Positions 1-9,632 of a stretch of DNA of 64,000 bases are shown piece after piece (position 1 is the stretch's first letter; each line of letters opens with the position of its first letter). The DNA comes from a virus (lineage: Duplodnaviria; Caudoviricetes). The stretch is from positions 1-64,000 of IMG/VR virus record IMGVR_UViG_2791355157_000004; one strand, written 5' to 3'. The notes beneath the pieces were generated by a model, which worked only from the letters and a program-made list of their open reading frames with translations, had not been told where the DNA came from and ran no database searches. A program made the translations under genes and the position numbers.

Positions 1-246
1 ACCAGTCGGTGCGGGTATCCGCATTCCGGTAAACCACCGTAGGGGGATATTCCGCTTTTGTGCTGGTGGTGTTGGTTAACATTAAAACGAGGTAAAGGTT
101 ACCGTTACGGTGTCTCCAGGACTGACCTGGAATAACTGCGGGGTGCGGCATGAGGAGTTACCAGTGTAAAAAAATTGTGACAAAGGTCAGCTGCGCGGCA
201 GTCGCGAGTAAAGTAATACAAACAACGCCGAGCAGATAACTCATGA

Positions 247-645
247 CTAGCCTCCGATCACCGGAGCCAGGGTAAATGTATAGGACTCCGGATCTAAATC
301 CGTAACGGGGCAGACGCCGGGCGATGATTTTCCATTACGGTCCCAGGTTGCCGGTATGCACTTTCCATAGGGATAGCGCAGCGATTTTATACCGCTCAGA
401 TCAACAGGCCGGGGTGCAGATGGTGATAGCTTTACGGGAACGAGTACGCCGCCTTTTACGCGCATACATTGCAGGTTTACCCAGTAAGTGGGGCTACCCG
501 TTTCTTCGTGCCAGCTCATGCAGGCCTGTCGTCTGACAGTGTTCAGGCAAGCATGGTATGCCAAAATTACGATTATTCCTATTGCGGAAAACCAAAAAGC
601 CGTTGTATAGAAGCGGCCAATCTGAACCAGCGTTACACGGCTCAC
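247..645 (-). CDS. Hypothetical membrane-anchored phage protein
   Basis: GTG start at 645 with AGGAGG RBS; N-terminal hydrophobic segment (FWFSAIGIIVILAY). Confidence 0.55.
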   Translation of the reverse strand: MSRVTLVQIGRFYTTAFWFSAIGIIVILAYHACLNTVRRQACMSWHEETGSPTYWVNLQCMRVKGGVLVPVKLSPSAPRPVDLSGIKSLRYPYGKCIPATWDRNGKSSPGVCPVTDLDPESYTFTLAPVIGG

Positions 646-773
646 GCTAACCTCCTGAAATAAAAAGGCCCGCTCGTGGCGGGCAAGCAACTACTACAGC
701 ATTTTGAGATCACGAATACCGCATAAAAAAATGCCCTGTGGGTGCAGGGCGAAGATTGCAGTACCGTTTTTTA

Positions 774-789
774 CTGGTGTTATACACAG
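774..789. promoter_or_regulatory. LexA (SOS) box
   Basis: TA-CTGGTGTTATACACAG-T fits CTG-N10-CAG with an AT-alternating core; overlaps a TATAAC -10 on the minus strand. Confidence 0.6.
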
Positions 790-807
790 TCTACCGCACT
801 TTAGGAA

Positions 808-999
808 TTATCCTAGCGGTGGCTGAGCGAGGCGGGCAATGTACGCATCGAGCTCTTTTTTCGCGATGATGGCTTCGCCTTCGATCGCATCCCAGTCGTC
901 GGGGTTCTGGGCACCCCGAAAGCTGTCGTCTATCATGGCGTCACGGTAGCGGGTAATACGCCGCCACAGGGCTGCCACCTGTGCTTTGGTGAGTGGCAT
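808..999 (-). CDS. Small hypothetical protein
   Basis: ATG at 999, 63 aa, in the minus-strand operon. Confidence 0.6.
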   Translation of the reverse strand: MPLTKAQVAALWRRITRYRDAMIDDSFRGAQNPDDWDAIEGEAIIAKKELDAYIARLAQPPLG

Positions 1000-1001
1000 G
1001 G

Positions 1002-1172
1002 TCACACCGCCTTCCACTTAGCTTCGATAACCTCCACCGCATCCCCGCGGCATGGGTTATCCAGTTTCATACCGTTTACCTGCCCATACTCCACATCGAC
1101 ATAGTCAGTGATGTCTTTGTCGGTGGCGTGGTCAGGCACTTCAATTTCCACGGTTACACGAATGGTTTTCAC
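1002..1172 (-). CDS. Small hypothetical protein (VKTIRVTVEIEVPD...)
   Basis: Hand-translated 56-aa ORF, start overlaps the stop of the upstream gene. Confidence 0.55.
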   Translation of the reverse strand: MKTIRVTVEIEVPDHATDKDITDYVDVEYGQVNGMKLDNPCRGDAVEVIEAKWKAV

Positions 1173-1375
1173 TTCGTCACCTTTTTCAGCTCAAGATTTC
1201 TGGTTCGCATCGTTGCCGGCCGGTCGCTTGCACCTGTCAGTACCAGGGCAAACTCAATTGCGTTCATCTCAACCGTGATCGTCTTGCCCATGTCAATGCG
1301 TATCACGATACGCACCACGGCGTGGTCATCCAGGCTATTGCCCGGGCGGCCGATACTGATTTCAACGGGTTCCAT
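1169..1375 (-). CDS. Small hypothetical protein
   Basis: ATG at 1375 with GGAGG RBS, downstream of a terminator. Confidence 0.6.
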   Translation of the reverse strand: MEPVEISIGRPGNSLDDHAVVRIVIRIDMGKTITVEMNAIEFALVLTGASDRPATMRTRNLELKKVTK

Positions 1376-1439
1376 TCTTCCTCCAGATAAAAAAATGCCC
1401 CAACGATCGGGGCGACGGAGACAAACTACTGCTTTGTTG

Positions 1440-2636
1440 TTATTCGTTGCGGGTGTCCATGTGAATGAGTCGCCCGAAATGCACGTTCGCCCGTGGGTTA
1501 TCTGCACAAATCCAGATGACCGGGAACGGCGGCTCTTCGGTGATTTCACGACACTCCAGATCCGAGAAGACTATCATCAGGTCGGGCATGGTTCTGCGCG
1601 CATGCTCGAAGACGCAGTCCAGCGACGTACCGCCGCGGCCGTGGAACTCCAGACCGGTAAACCGTTCGTCGTCGGTGAACGCATACTCATCCTGAATACG
1701 CGTGTCGAAGGAGATGATGTTCGTCACCTTCGGGGTAAAACGTTCATGCACATGCCGCACTTCTGAGTTGAAGCGGCGGATCTGGGCGTCACTGACGGAG
1801 CCAGAGATGTCCATGTACCAGTTAATCTGGCTCAGGCCGTCACCAAACTGCGATGGCAGATAGAAATCCGGCATATAGCGGCGGTTTGGCTTCTGCCAGG
1901 AGTAGTCGTCCTTGATCAGGTCGTTCATGTGATTTTCCAGAATCGTCTCCCACGGCAGCTTAGGATTAAGCATTGCGTCGAGGTACGCTTCCAGGTCACC
2001 CGGGATGACGCCGGCTTCCCTGCCGGACATTTTGGAGGCCATCGTTGCCTTCACCAGGGTTGCGATGATCTGATTCTCGATCTCCTGTGGTGTCGGCTGC
2101 GGCTTAGGCTGCTGACCCCCCTGCCCGTCATTCTGGTCAGGTTTGTTCTGATCGGGATTCGGGTTGCTCGGGTTATCAAGGTCCGAGCCCATGCCGCCCA
2201 TATTTGACCAGCCGGAACCGTCACCGGGGCCATCAGGCAGTACGTCGTAAATCTGCTCTGCAGACATGCCGCGATACTTCTCATCCACCAGGCCGAGGTT
2301 GGTATCAAAGTGATAGCCCAGGTCCTTCAGCATGATGTTGATGGCGTAGTCACAGGCCGCGTTCCACTTCTCTGGTTCGCGGTTGCCCATGCGCAGCGGG
2401 TGCAGCAGGCCAACGTGCCAGGCTTCATGCGCCAGCAGCGTTGGCCGCATTTCCTTTGAGATCTTCGCGAAGAACTGAGGGTTGATCTTCAGATAGTGGC
2501 CGTTGGTACACGCCGTCGGGATGGACTCATCCCAGGACATTTTCAGTGAGAAATACAGGGTGCTGATGAACATCGCCCCCTTCTTCACGAACAGGCCCAT
2601 CTTGGCGCGATCGTACATCTCTTTCAAATCTTGCAT
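1440..2636 (-). CDS. Metallopeptidase (HExxH) plus VWA-domain protein, N4 gp25-like
   Basis: LAHEAWHV zincin motif, WNAACDYAIN, MIDAS-like DISGS, GRGGT and FSDL motifs; adjacent to MoxR ATPase. Confidence 0.85.
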   Translation of the reverse strand: MQDLKEMYDRAKMGLFVKKGAMFISTLYFSLKMSWDESIPTACTNGHYLKINPQFFAKISKEMRPTLLAHEAWHVGLLHPLRMGNREPEKWNAACDYAINIMLKDLGYHFDTNLGLVDEKYRGMSAEQIYDVLPDGPGDGSGWSNMGGMGSDLDNPSNPNPDQNKPDQNDGQGGQQPKPQPTPQEIENQIIATLVKATMASKMSGREAGVIPGDLEAYLDAMLNPKLPWETILENHMNDLIKDDYSWQKPNRRYMPDFYLPSQFGDGLSQINWYMDISGSVSDAQIRRFNSEVRHVHERFTPKVTNIISFDTRIQDEYAFTDDERFTGLEFHGRGGTSLDCVFEHARRTMPDLMIVFSDLECREITEEPPFPVIWICADNPRANVHFGRLIHMDTRNE

Positions 2637-2665
2637 CTCAGTCTCCAAAAAGTTTCAAAGTGAAA

Positions 2666-3688
2666 TTAGTTCAGGTATTGCGCCAGCTTTTCCAGACGGC
2701 CGTAAACGTGCTGGTTACCGATCAGCGCTGCTTTACGGGTGGCAGCCATGCGGTAAGCCACGACCTGCATTTCCACATCCAGGCGATCCAGGAACTGGGT
2801 AACGGTCTCTGCGTTCGCTTCATTGAGATGGTCCGCAACGTAGGTTGCGATCGCATAACGCACGGAGACTTCATCCGCAATGTTCACTGTAAGCGGTGAC
2901 TTCACGATTTCTTCGATGCGCGGCAGGCTCTGGTAGAGCTCAGCAAACGCGATGAATTCCTGCGCTGCGCCCTGCCCCACAACGCCTGCGAACAGTGGCA
3001 GGTCTTTGATGCTGATGTCCTGACCGGTTGACAGGCGGGACGCAAATGACCAGGTGCGCGGGCACGGGAACGTCTTGTCCTGGTGATCAGGGCTGAAGTT
3101 GTGCAGCAGGCTGGTTTTATAGTTCAGGAAGCCGATGATACGGGCATCGATGCCATTGCCGGCAGCCCATTCAGACCAGTCTTTCAGGCTGACAGCCAGC
3201 TCCAGGTGGATCAGACGTGACTGCGTTGCTGTTGACAGTGAATTCACGATCGCCTTATCAGAGGCTTTGTTACCGGCGCAGACGATGTGGACGCTCGGGT
3301 GCAGCTCATGCTGGCCAACCATCTTGTCGAGCACCAGCTTATACGCTGCGGCCTGTACGGCGCGGCTTGCAGACGGGAACTCATCCAGGAACAGCAGCCA
3401 GCCATTACAGCCTGCCGGCAGATCGTCACCTTTGACCGGGAAGGTTTCCATCGGCACGTAGCGGGCTTTGTCGCCCTGCACGTTCGGGAAGCCCATCAGG
3501 TCAGTCGGATCACACTGGCTCAGGCGCAGGTCGATGACTTTCAGTTTCAGCTCTTCAGCGATAGAGCGCATGATGTCGGACTTGCCGACACCCGGGCTAC
3601 CTTCAACGTAAGGAACCAGACCGGCACCTAACACGCGGATGATGGTTGAACGCAGGGATGAAGGGTTTAAGGCTAAATTCATGCTCAT
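2666..3688 (-). CDS. MoxR-type AAA+ ATPase, N4 gp24-like
   Basis: Walker A GSPGVGKS, Walker B LFLDE, AGN and CPRTW motifs. Confidence 0.88.
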   Translation of the reverse strand: MSMNLALNPSSLRSTIIRVLGAGLVPYVEGSPGVGKSDIMRSIAEELKLKVIDLRLSQCDPTDLMGFPNVQGDKARYVPMETFPVKGDDLPAGCNGWLLFLDEFPSASRAVQAAAYKLVLDKMVGQHELHPSVHIVCAGNKASDKAIVNSLSTATQSRLIHLELAVSLKDWSEWAAGNGIDARIIGFLNYKTSLLHNFSPDHQDKTFPCPRTWSFASRLSTGQDISIKDLPLFAGVVGQGAAQEFIAFAELYQSLPRIEEIVKSPLTVNIADEVSVRYAIATYVADHLNEANAETVTQFLDRLDVEMQVVAYRMAATRKAALIGNQHVYGRLEKLAQYLN

Positions 3689-3802
3689 GATTTGTCTCCA
3701 AAAAACAATAAACGGCCGAAGGCCAGGGAAAAAGAAGCGCTGACATTACGCCAGCGCTGGATTAAGGGATGGCCCGGCTAAGCCGGGAACCAGAAAAAAG
3801 GA

Positions 3803-4174
3803 TTAGTGGCGGCTGGTGTTGGTGCCGCGCAGAAACAGCTCCAGATCGGACACATCCATGGAGCTCACTTTGCCAATCATGTCAGCCAGCTCGGCGGCCA
3901 TTTCATCCGGCATATCCGGGAACAGCGTTTTCACCGCAGCAGCGCGTGACGCAACTTCTTTCTGGCTCTGCTCAGTGATCAACTGAGCGTGCTCTACAGC
4001 CCCAATCGGTAAGGCCTGTTCATGACCGTGGCTGCCTTCCAGGACAAACCACTTATTGGTCACCGCAATCACGCGGCCGTTGAAGCAGTCATCCACGCCT
4101 GCGACGTGAATGTGATACATTTTATTGATTTCTGGCGCAAATTTTTCTGAAGCGGTAGCAGTAGTTGTTTTCAC
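3803..4174 (-). CDS. Hypothetical protein
   Basis: 123-aa ORF in the operon, followed by a terminator. Confidence 0.6.
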   Translation of the reverse strand: MKTTTATASEKFAPEINKMYHIHVAGVDDCFNGRVIAVTNKWFVLEGSHGHEQALPIGAVEHAQLITEQSQKEVASRAAAVKTLFPDMPDEMAAELADMIGKVSSMDVSDLELFLRGTNTSRH

Positions 4175-4196
4175 GGTGATCCCCGTTAATGGTTAA

Positions 4197-4664
4197 TTAG
4201 TTGTCATACCAGAGGATGATCCGCATCTCTCTGACATTCAGGTGGTAACTTTCAGCGATGTGCGTGAAGTTTTCGGTCAGCTCATCGATCGCTTCTTTGG
4301 CCGACGGCTCCATCTTGCCCATCAGCACGTTAATGTTGATGGCTTTCAGGGCATCCTGCAGTGCCTGCCAGCTGACCCAGCCTTCGGTGTGGGCATCGCT
4401 GTCCCACCAGGCATGTTCTGCCTTCACCTCCGCACTGGCGTCTTCCGGAATGCACATATCGGCATCCGGGATGATTTTCATGCCCCAGTCACCGCGGACA
4501 CCGGATAACAGGCCAAAAAGACGGTAATCCCTGCCACCCGTAAACGACCGGGTTTTCGGCAGATGCTGGTGCGTTTCGCCTTCATCGGCTTCTTCGAGTT
4601 GTTCAGCGGCAAGCCACTGACCATTGACGCGCTTTTCTACAAAGGTATGAATGTCGCAGCCCAT
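4197..4664 (-). CDS. Conserved phage protein (MGCDIH family)
   Basis: MGCDIH N-terminus, RDYRLFGLLSGVR, C-terminal RIILWYDN; AGGAGG RBS. Confidence 0.75.
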   Translation of the reverse strand: MGCDIHTFVEKRVNGQWLAAEQLEEADEGETHQHLPKTRSFTGGRDYRLFGLLSGVRGDWGMKIIPDADMCIPEDASAEVKAEHAWWDSDAHTEGWVSWQALQDALKAININVLMGKMEPSAKEAIDELTENFTHIAESYHLNVREMRIILWYDN

Positions 4665-4767
4665 AGCTGCCTCCTTAAAACAAAAAACGCCGGGCTATAG
4701 GAATAATCCTAAAAGCTCCGGCGCGGGTAAACTAAACACTCTTCAGGTAAAGAACAAGTCGGACCAG

Positions 4768-5217
4768 TTAATTAATTCCGCTGTGACCGAATCCGCCTTC
4801 TCCGCGCACTGACGGCGCGAATTCCCCGACCTCAGTAAACTCAGGGATGCCGACCGGCACGAACAGCAGCTGCGCCACGCGATCGCCACTGTTAAGCGTG
4901 ACGGTGTCGGTACCGCGGTTCCACAGGCAGACTTTCAGTTCGCCCTGATAATCCGCATCGATGAGGCCGACCAGGTTACCCAGGACGGTCCCTTTCACGC
5001 CCAGACCGCTGCGCGGCAGGATCATGGCGCACCAGCCCGGGTCACCGATGTTGATCGCAATGCCGGTACGCTGCAGTGACTGCCCGCCCGGCGCCAGGGT
5101 AAGTTCGCCTGGCTCATCGTAATAAATGCGCAGGTCCACGGCGGCGGACATTTCCGTGGCGCGCTGCGGGACGGAAGCTTCGGGATGGAGAATCTTGATC
5201 TCAACAGGCAGGTGCAT
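4768..5217 (-). CDS. dut: Trimeric dUTPase
   Basis: Motifs AAVDL, PRSGLG, GLIDADYQGEL, RVAQL and RGEGGFGHSG. Confidence 0.95.
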   Translation of the reverse strand: MHLPVEIKILHPEASVPQRATEMSAAVDLRIYYDEPGELTLAPGGQSLQRTGIAINIGDPGWCAMILPRSGLGVKGTVLGNLVGLIDADYQGELKVCLWNRGTDTVTLNSGDRVAQLLFVPVGIPEFTEVGEFAPSVRGEGGFGHSGIN

Positions 5218-5458
5218 AAAATTCCTCTAACAGGGGTAAGTGCTGATACCAGGTGCTGGTATCCGATTCATTAATGGTGTTGAGCATGACAGCCAGTTCG
5301 CCGTCAGGCTCACGCAGGTCGTACATATCGCGCAGCAGGTAATCAAGCCCTCTGCAGGGATATGGGTTACGCATAAGCGAAACGATCGGGGTCGTATAGA
5401 GAAAGTGGTTAGTCGTCCCAACCCACAAGATACGGACCAGTAAAGCGCCGAGTGTCAT
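5201..5458 (-). CDS. Mini-protein (MTLGALLVRIL...)
   Basis: ATG at 5458, 85 aa, overlaps neighbours. Confidence 0.55.
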   Translation of the reverse strand: MTLGALLVRILWVGTTNHFLYTTPIVSLMRNPYPCRGLDYLLRDMYDLREPDGELAVMLNTINESDTSTWYQHLPLLEEFYAPAC

Positions 5459-5627
5459 AAAGTTTCCCTGCGATTTCATAAGCGCCGGCATGCGCAACAT
5501 GGGTAAAGGTACTGTGCTGATTGAGCCACCAGGGCGGCGCCCAGATGTGCTTGTGCCGGTTATAGCGGCTCGTCATGTAACCGGTGTCATAGACGATTTT
5601 TAGGATTTCGCCTATAGAAATTGTCAT
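5409..5627 (-). CDS. Mini-protein (MTISIGEILKIVY...)
   Basis: ATG at 5627 with GAGG RBS embedded in a heptad array. Confidence 0.55.
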   Translation of the reverse strand: MTISIGEILKIVYDTGYMTSRYNRHKHIWAPPWWLNQHSTFTHVAHAGAYEIAGKLYDTRRFTGPYLVGWDD

Positions 5628-5685
5628 AAGTATTACCTCACACTTTCTTTCCTCACATTTCACACTTATGAAGTCATACACCACA
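5622..5685. repeat. Heptad array H1 (parS/operator-like) upstream of parA
   Basis: tgtcata agtatta cctcaca (ctttcttt) cctcaca tttcaca cttatga agtcata caccaca; 7-bp period. Confidence 0.75.
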
Positions 5686-5696
5686 AGGGATTTTTT

Positions 5697-6341
5697 ATGA
5701 TCACGATTGTTGGATGTAACAAAGGCGGCGCGGCAAAAACAACCACAGCGGTAAACCTGGCTGTAGGCCTTGCCATGCGCGGACTGGACGTGTGCCTCGT
5801 GGACGCGGACGCGCAGCGTTCGTCGGCCCGATGGTACGCGACCAGGGAAGCGGCGGAGCTCAAACCAACCATCACCCTCGTAGAGAAACGTGAGAACCTG
5901 TCACAGACCCTGAAGAGCCTGGACCAGCGTTTTGACCACGTCATCGTGGACGTCGCCGGCCGCAACTCGCGTGAACTGATCACCGGTTGCACCGTCGCGC
6001 ATCAGATCATCGCGCCCCATCAGTGTTCACAGCTGGACCTCGATACCCTGCTTGAGCTTGAGGAGCAGCTGGTGGCCATCCGTGACCTGAACCCCGATCT
6101 GAAGGCCTACTGCTATCAGAGCATGGCCACCACTAACCCGGTCATTCGCGGCACAGAGCGCAGCGAGTTCCTGGGGTTCGTGCAGGAGATCGAGGGCATC
6201 ATCCCTCTGGAGTCCACAGGCTGTTATCGCAAGGTTTACCGTGACGTGATCCCAGAAGGAAAGTCAGTCCTGGAAACCGAAAACGAAAACGCCCGTAAGG
6301 AAATCATGGGCCTCATTGAGGAGCTGTTCGATGTTAAATAA
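5697..6341 (+). CDS. parA: ParA/ParF-type partition ATPase (short, type Ib)
   Basis: Deviant Walker A KGGAAKTT, DADAQRS, IVDVAG; 214 aa with no N-terminal HTH. Confidence 0.92.
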   Translation: MITIVGCNKGGAAKTTTAVNLAVGLAMRGLDVCLVDADAQRSSARWYATREAAELKPTITLVEKRENLSQTLKSLDQRFDHVIVDVAGRNSRELITGCTVAHQIIAPHQCSQLDLDTLLELEEQLVAIRDLNPDLKAYCYQSMATTNPVIRGTERSEFLGFVQEIEGIIPLESTGCYRKVYRDVIPEGKSVLETENENARKEIMGLIEELFDVK

Positions 6342-6576
6342 GCCGAAACGTGAGATCACGGAAGCTGCTGCGGATGCCCTGGCCAGACGCCTGGCAGACC
6401 GCAACTACGGGGAAGAGCGACCGGATGATACCGTGGCGCGTACGACTATCTCGCTGCCAAGGTCTCTGCTGGTTCAGCTGGAAGACCTGGCCATGAAGAA
6501 CAAGCGCAACGGTATTGAACCGAAGAGCGTGAGCGCCATTGTGCGTGAAGCGACGGAAGCCTATCTGCGTAAGTAA
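6331..6576 (+). CDS. ParG/omega-like ribbon-helix-helix centromere-binding protein
   Basis: Coupled to parA; RHH pattern RTTISLPRSLLVQLEDLA...SVSAIVREA after a flexible N-terminus. Confidence 0.8.
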   Translation: MLNKPKREITEAAADALARRLADRNYGEERPDDTVARTTISLPRSLLVQLEDLAMKNKRNGIEPKSVSAIVREATEAYLRK

Positions 6577-6578
6577 TC

Positions 6579-6641
6579 TGTATGAGGTATGAAATAACAC
6601 TTAATAAGTAATATTTCACACTTCATACATCTCAAATAATA
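6579..6641. repeat. Heptad array H2 downstream of the par operon
   Basis: tgtatga ggtatga aataaca cttaata agtaata tttcaca cttcata catctca aataata. Confidence 0.75.
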
Positions 6642-8513
6642 CCCCGATCGCTGAGTAAATATCCTGACCCTCCAGACGGTATGCCTGCCAGACCAGCGTG
6701 CTAAACCACGTGGGCGGCCGGCACCAGGGATGCTCATGGTAGTCCTTCGGTGGGTGTGGGCTTACGCTGAACAGCTCATTCAGGACGAGGAGTATTGAGG
6801 ATTTCTGCGATCGCATCATTGATGGTGTGCCAGAAAAAGTAATTTCCGCCATAGCCCTGGGCATGGTAGGGCGCGTTGACCCATGCGGACATCTGATTTC
6901 CTATTGCCTGTACGCAGTCGGGTTTACCCTCCCACTGGCAAAGCCGTATGATGTTCCTGGGTTCCTGCAGGTAGACTGCCTGCGCCAGTATGTCGATCAG
7001 CCGCATAATTCCCTCAGATAGTCGCTGGCGTTCGCCGTGAAGCCCGGTACCGGGTCGGTCATAATGCAGGCCTGGTACCAGACGGTGAAATGCGCTTCCT
7101 GCTGCAGCGCGGTCAGGATGTCAGTCAGGCGCGCCATAGACTTTCCCTCCGATCACCTGCACCAGTTTCATGGTCTGAAAGACCGCGTCGTCGTCGAAGT
7201 TATTTTTTATCTGCAGACCGACCACGGCCCAGATATTCTGGTAGGTCGGTTTGTGCCGCAGGAACCAGAGCAGATCACACAGCTTCATAGTCGCATACCT
7301 CCTGCAGCTCCCGCACAAAGCGCATGTAGTGATGCGCCATCTTGCTGCCCAGGTACTCCGTGATCGGGCGGAACCAGACGACGTTGTAAGCTGGTTCATT
7401 GCCTTGCTCGTCGATTTCGGCCAGGACATCCAGGATTTTCATCATACCTCACACTTAATAAGTCATAAGTAATACTATTGGATATGGAGTTCATCCAGCA
7501 ACTCGAAGGCATCATAGAACGGCTCAGGGACCGAACCGGTGCTTTGCTGCCACATCCGGCACAGGCGATTAAATATAATCTCATAGCCGTACTGGTCGAT
7601 CTGCCACAGGAAGTACGTCAGTGACATTATTCACCCTCCCGGGATAACTGGCACATTTCGTTCAGCAACATCAGCAGGTTCACAGACTCGTCTCCGGATA
7701 ACGGCACTAAGATACAGACGAAGCCGGAGAGGTCATTCCCCAGCAGGGACATCAGACCGAGTAACCGCACATTGCCTCCACTGCTCGCATCAGCATCCGT
7801 GCTTTCCACTCGTTCAGCTTGTCAGAGTGGCCTGGCTCAACCTGGTCCATTGCGTTGACTAAAATCCACCAGCCGCCGGTGTAGTGCGCCCGGCCGTGCA
7901 TGTGCTCTAAAACGTTTACGATCCGCATATCGCCTCCGACATGGCCAGAATTTCGAATGCCGAACTGCAGGCACCACGTACCTCATCGCGACGGAAAAGC
8001 CACCAGAGGACTTCTTCTCGCACTCTGAGGTGTTCAATCGAGGTAAACAGGCTCAGGAGCTCTACGAGGCGCACAGAGCCTCCAGCCACCAGATAAAGCC
8101 CAGGTTTGGGACGGCATCGACAGACAGTCCGTGAACGAGGCTGAAGCCATCCTCGCACTCATACCCGCATATCTCCCGTACCAGGTTAACGAGTTCCATC
8201 TTTCCTCCAGTTGCCACCTTGCCGGCAGCACAGAGACGTCTGAGGCACGATCACCGGAAAGGTGAGTGCCCGTTCTTACGCATTAAATGCGGTAACCATT
8301 ATCTGGAATCATTTGTTAATACACAGCTTAAAAGTGCGCACTTCCGAAGCGCTGATCGTGCATCATGCCGAGGTAATCCATCTGCACACTGGCAATTAAA
8401 CTGCCTGCTGACAGGGCTTCGCGGACTGCCAATGCCCATACGTTTGTATACGCATCGACGTGATCAGGTTCATCGAGCATCAACAGGATCTGACACATTT
8501 TGTAAGGTTGCAT
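6616..8513 (-). other. Tandem array of 45-76 aa mini-protein genes (family B)
   Basis: ORFs from the track or hand-translated: 6616-6819, 6776-7006, 6997-7137, 7121-7288, 7275-7442, 7475-7627, 7627-7770, 7752-7928, 7916-8074, 8062-8199, 8328-8513; most start M[KR][LI]x[DE][ILV]L and overlap the neighbour. Confidence 0.7.
7440..7474. repeat. Heptad array H3
   Basis: catcata cctcaca cttaata agtcata agtaata. Confidence 0.7.
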
Positions 8514-8549
8514 AAAGGATCTTCCAGATGATCGCAAGATCTACAGACG

Positions 8550-8581
8550 TAAAAAAGCCCCGTGACATAATCACGAGGCTT
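8550..8581 (-). terminator. Rho-independent terminator closing the putative ncRNA 1
   Basis: Minus strand aagcctcgtga-ttatg-tcacggggc followed by TTTTTT. Confidence 0.8.
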
Positions 8582-8975
8582 AGTTACATTGTCTTTCGCA
8601 GGTGCTTGCTAGGAGTAGTTCGGTTCCCCAACCTTACTGCTCTGACCTGGATGACGACAGCTCAACTTCATCCTAGCAAGCGCAGGAAGGCTTGTCACCT
8701 CCGGTGTATTCCCCAAACTCAATCCAGACATTAACTGACACCTGCAACTAAGACTCTCAGGTCTTTGCCCCGGACTCCGACAGGATAAACAGGCTATCTG
8801 TGATACTGGTCCCAACTACCATATGTTGGCTCTGTCACCGTCTCGCTGTACGATAACAAGCACCTGATAAAGTGAGAGTTTTAGCTAAGTTGAGAATCTC
8901 TGCTGGCTTAAAAGACAGTGACTGTCGTGGTCACTTCGTTCCCCGTTTGTTGTGTATCACAACGGGGGCATTAGG
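8550..8975 (-). ncRNA. Putative large structured ncRNA 1 (~430 nt), class unrecognised
   Basis: No credible ORF; several 7-12 bp long-range complementary segments; ends in an intrinsic terminator. Confidence 0.6.
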
Positions 8976-9012
8976 CACCCTTTTGTCCAAATTAGGAATA
9001 GTCCTAAAATTA

Positions 9013-9054
9013 CTTCACACTTAATTTTTCATAAAAAATACGTATGAAGTATTA
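9013..9054. repeat. Heptad array H4
   Basis: cttcaca cttaatt tttcata aaaaata cgtatga agtatta; next to the palindrome at 8993-9006. Confidence 0.65.
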
Positions 9055-9499
9055 CGATTTTTGACCACTGAGTGCCTTCACGAATTCCATCATCAGGCTG
9101 GGCGAAATATACCGGTCTACCTCCCGGACCATAAGCTCCCATATTTGCCAATAAACGACGTAGTTCGGGTAGTTGACCTCGGGATCGTCTATCTCGGTAA
9201 GCAGATCTGATATGCGCATCAGCTTTCTTCCCAGCGCATGAGCCAGGAATAACAGCTGCTGACTCTGCCACCGCCCAGCGGGCCAGTAACGGCATCATTC
9301 ATCCAGACGGCAAGATAGCGCTCGTCGGTCTCACCGTGTTGCATGGCAATCAGGATGTCAATGACGTGCATATCTCCTCCACAAATCGCATGTAGTTCAT
9401 GTCCAGGGTAACATTGCTTTCCAGTAGGGCAGTACACCAGACTTCGTTATAGCCGTAGCCCTCCTGCTTAAACAGGCGCAGCAGTTCGAGTATCCGCAT
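9052..9499 (-). other. Three further family-B mini-protein genes
   Basis: 9052-9219 MRISDLLTEID, 9219-9371 MHVIDILIAM, 9350-9499 MRILELLRLF. Confidence 0.7.
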
Positions 9500-9632
9500 T
9501 CGGAAGCACTCCGGAAAAAAATAACGCCATCCCCTAAGGGATGGCAGTTGGATTATTCGATGAAACCAGCGTACACGCAGAACAGGCTGAGCAGAAACAC
9601 CCCGCCAATGGCCAGGGCAATATGATGTCTTT

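Noticed and set aside
993-1766. 257-aa plus-strand ORF and other long antisense ORFs (12676-13500, 54118-55017, 56635-57642)
   Set aside because: They are antisense shadows of well-supported genes, caused by GC-rich codon bias; no motifs or RBS.
3711-3726. GGCC-GAA-GGCC hairpin as a fifth vRNAP promoter
   Set aside because: It lacks the CC-(4 nt) start geometry and is followed by a T-rich run on the minus strand, so it is more likely a terminator.
5622-6641. Heptad arrays as a CRISPR array or iterons
   Set aside because: There are no 25-40 bp repeats with unique spacers and no cas or rep gene; the units are degenerate 7-mers.
8550-8975. tRNA, tmRNA, RNase P or group I intron identity for the structured gap
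   Set aside because: No cloverleaf, CCA end, tag frame or conserved P/Q/R/S elements were recognised, and it does not interrupt a gene.
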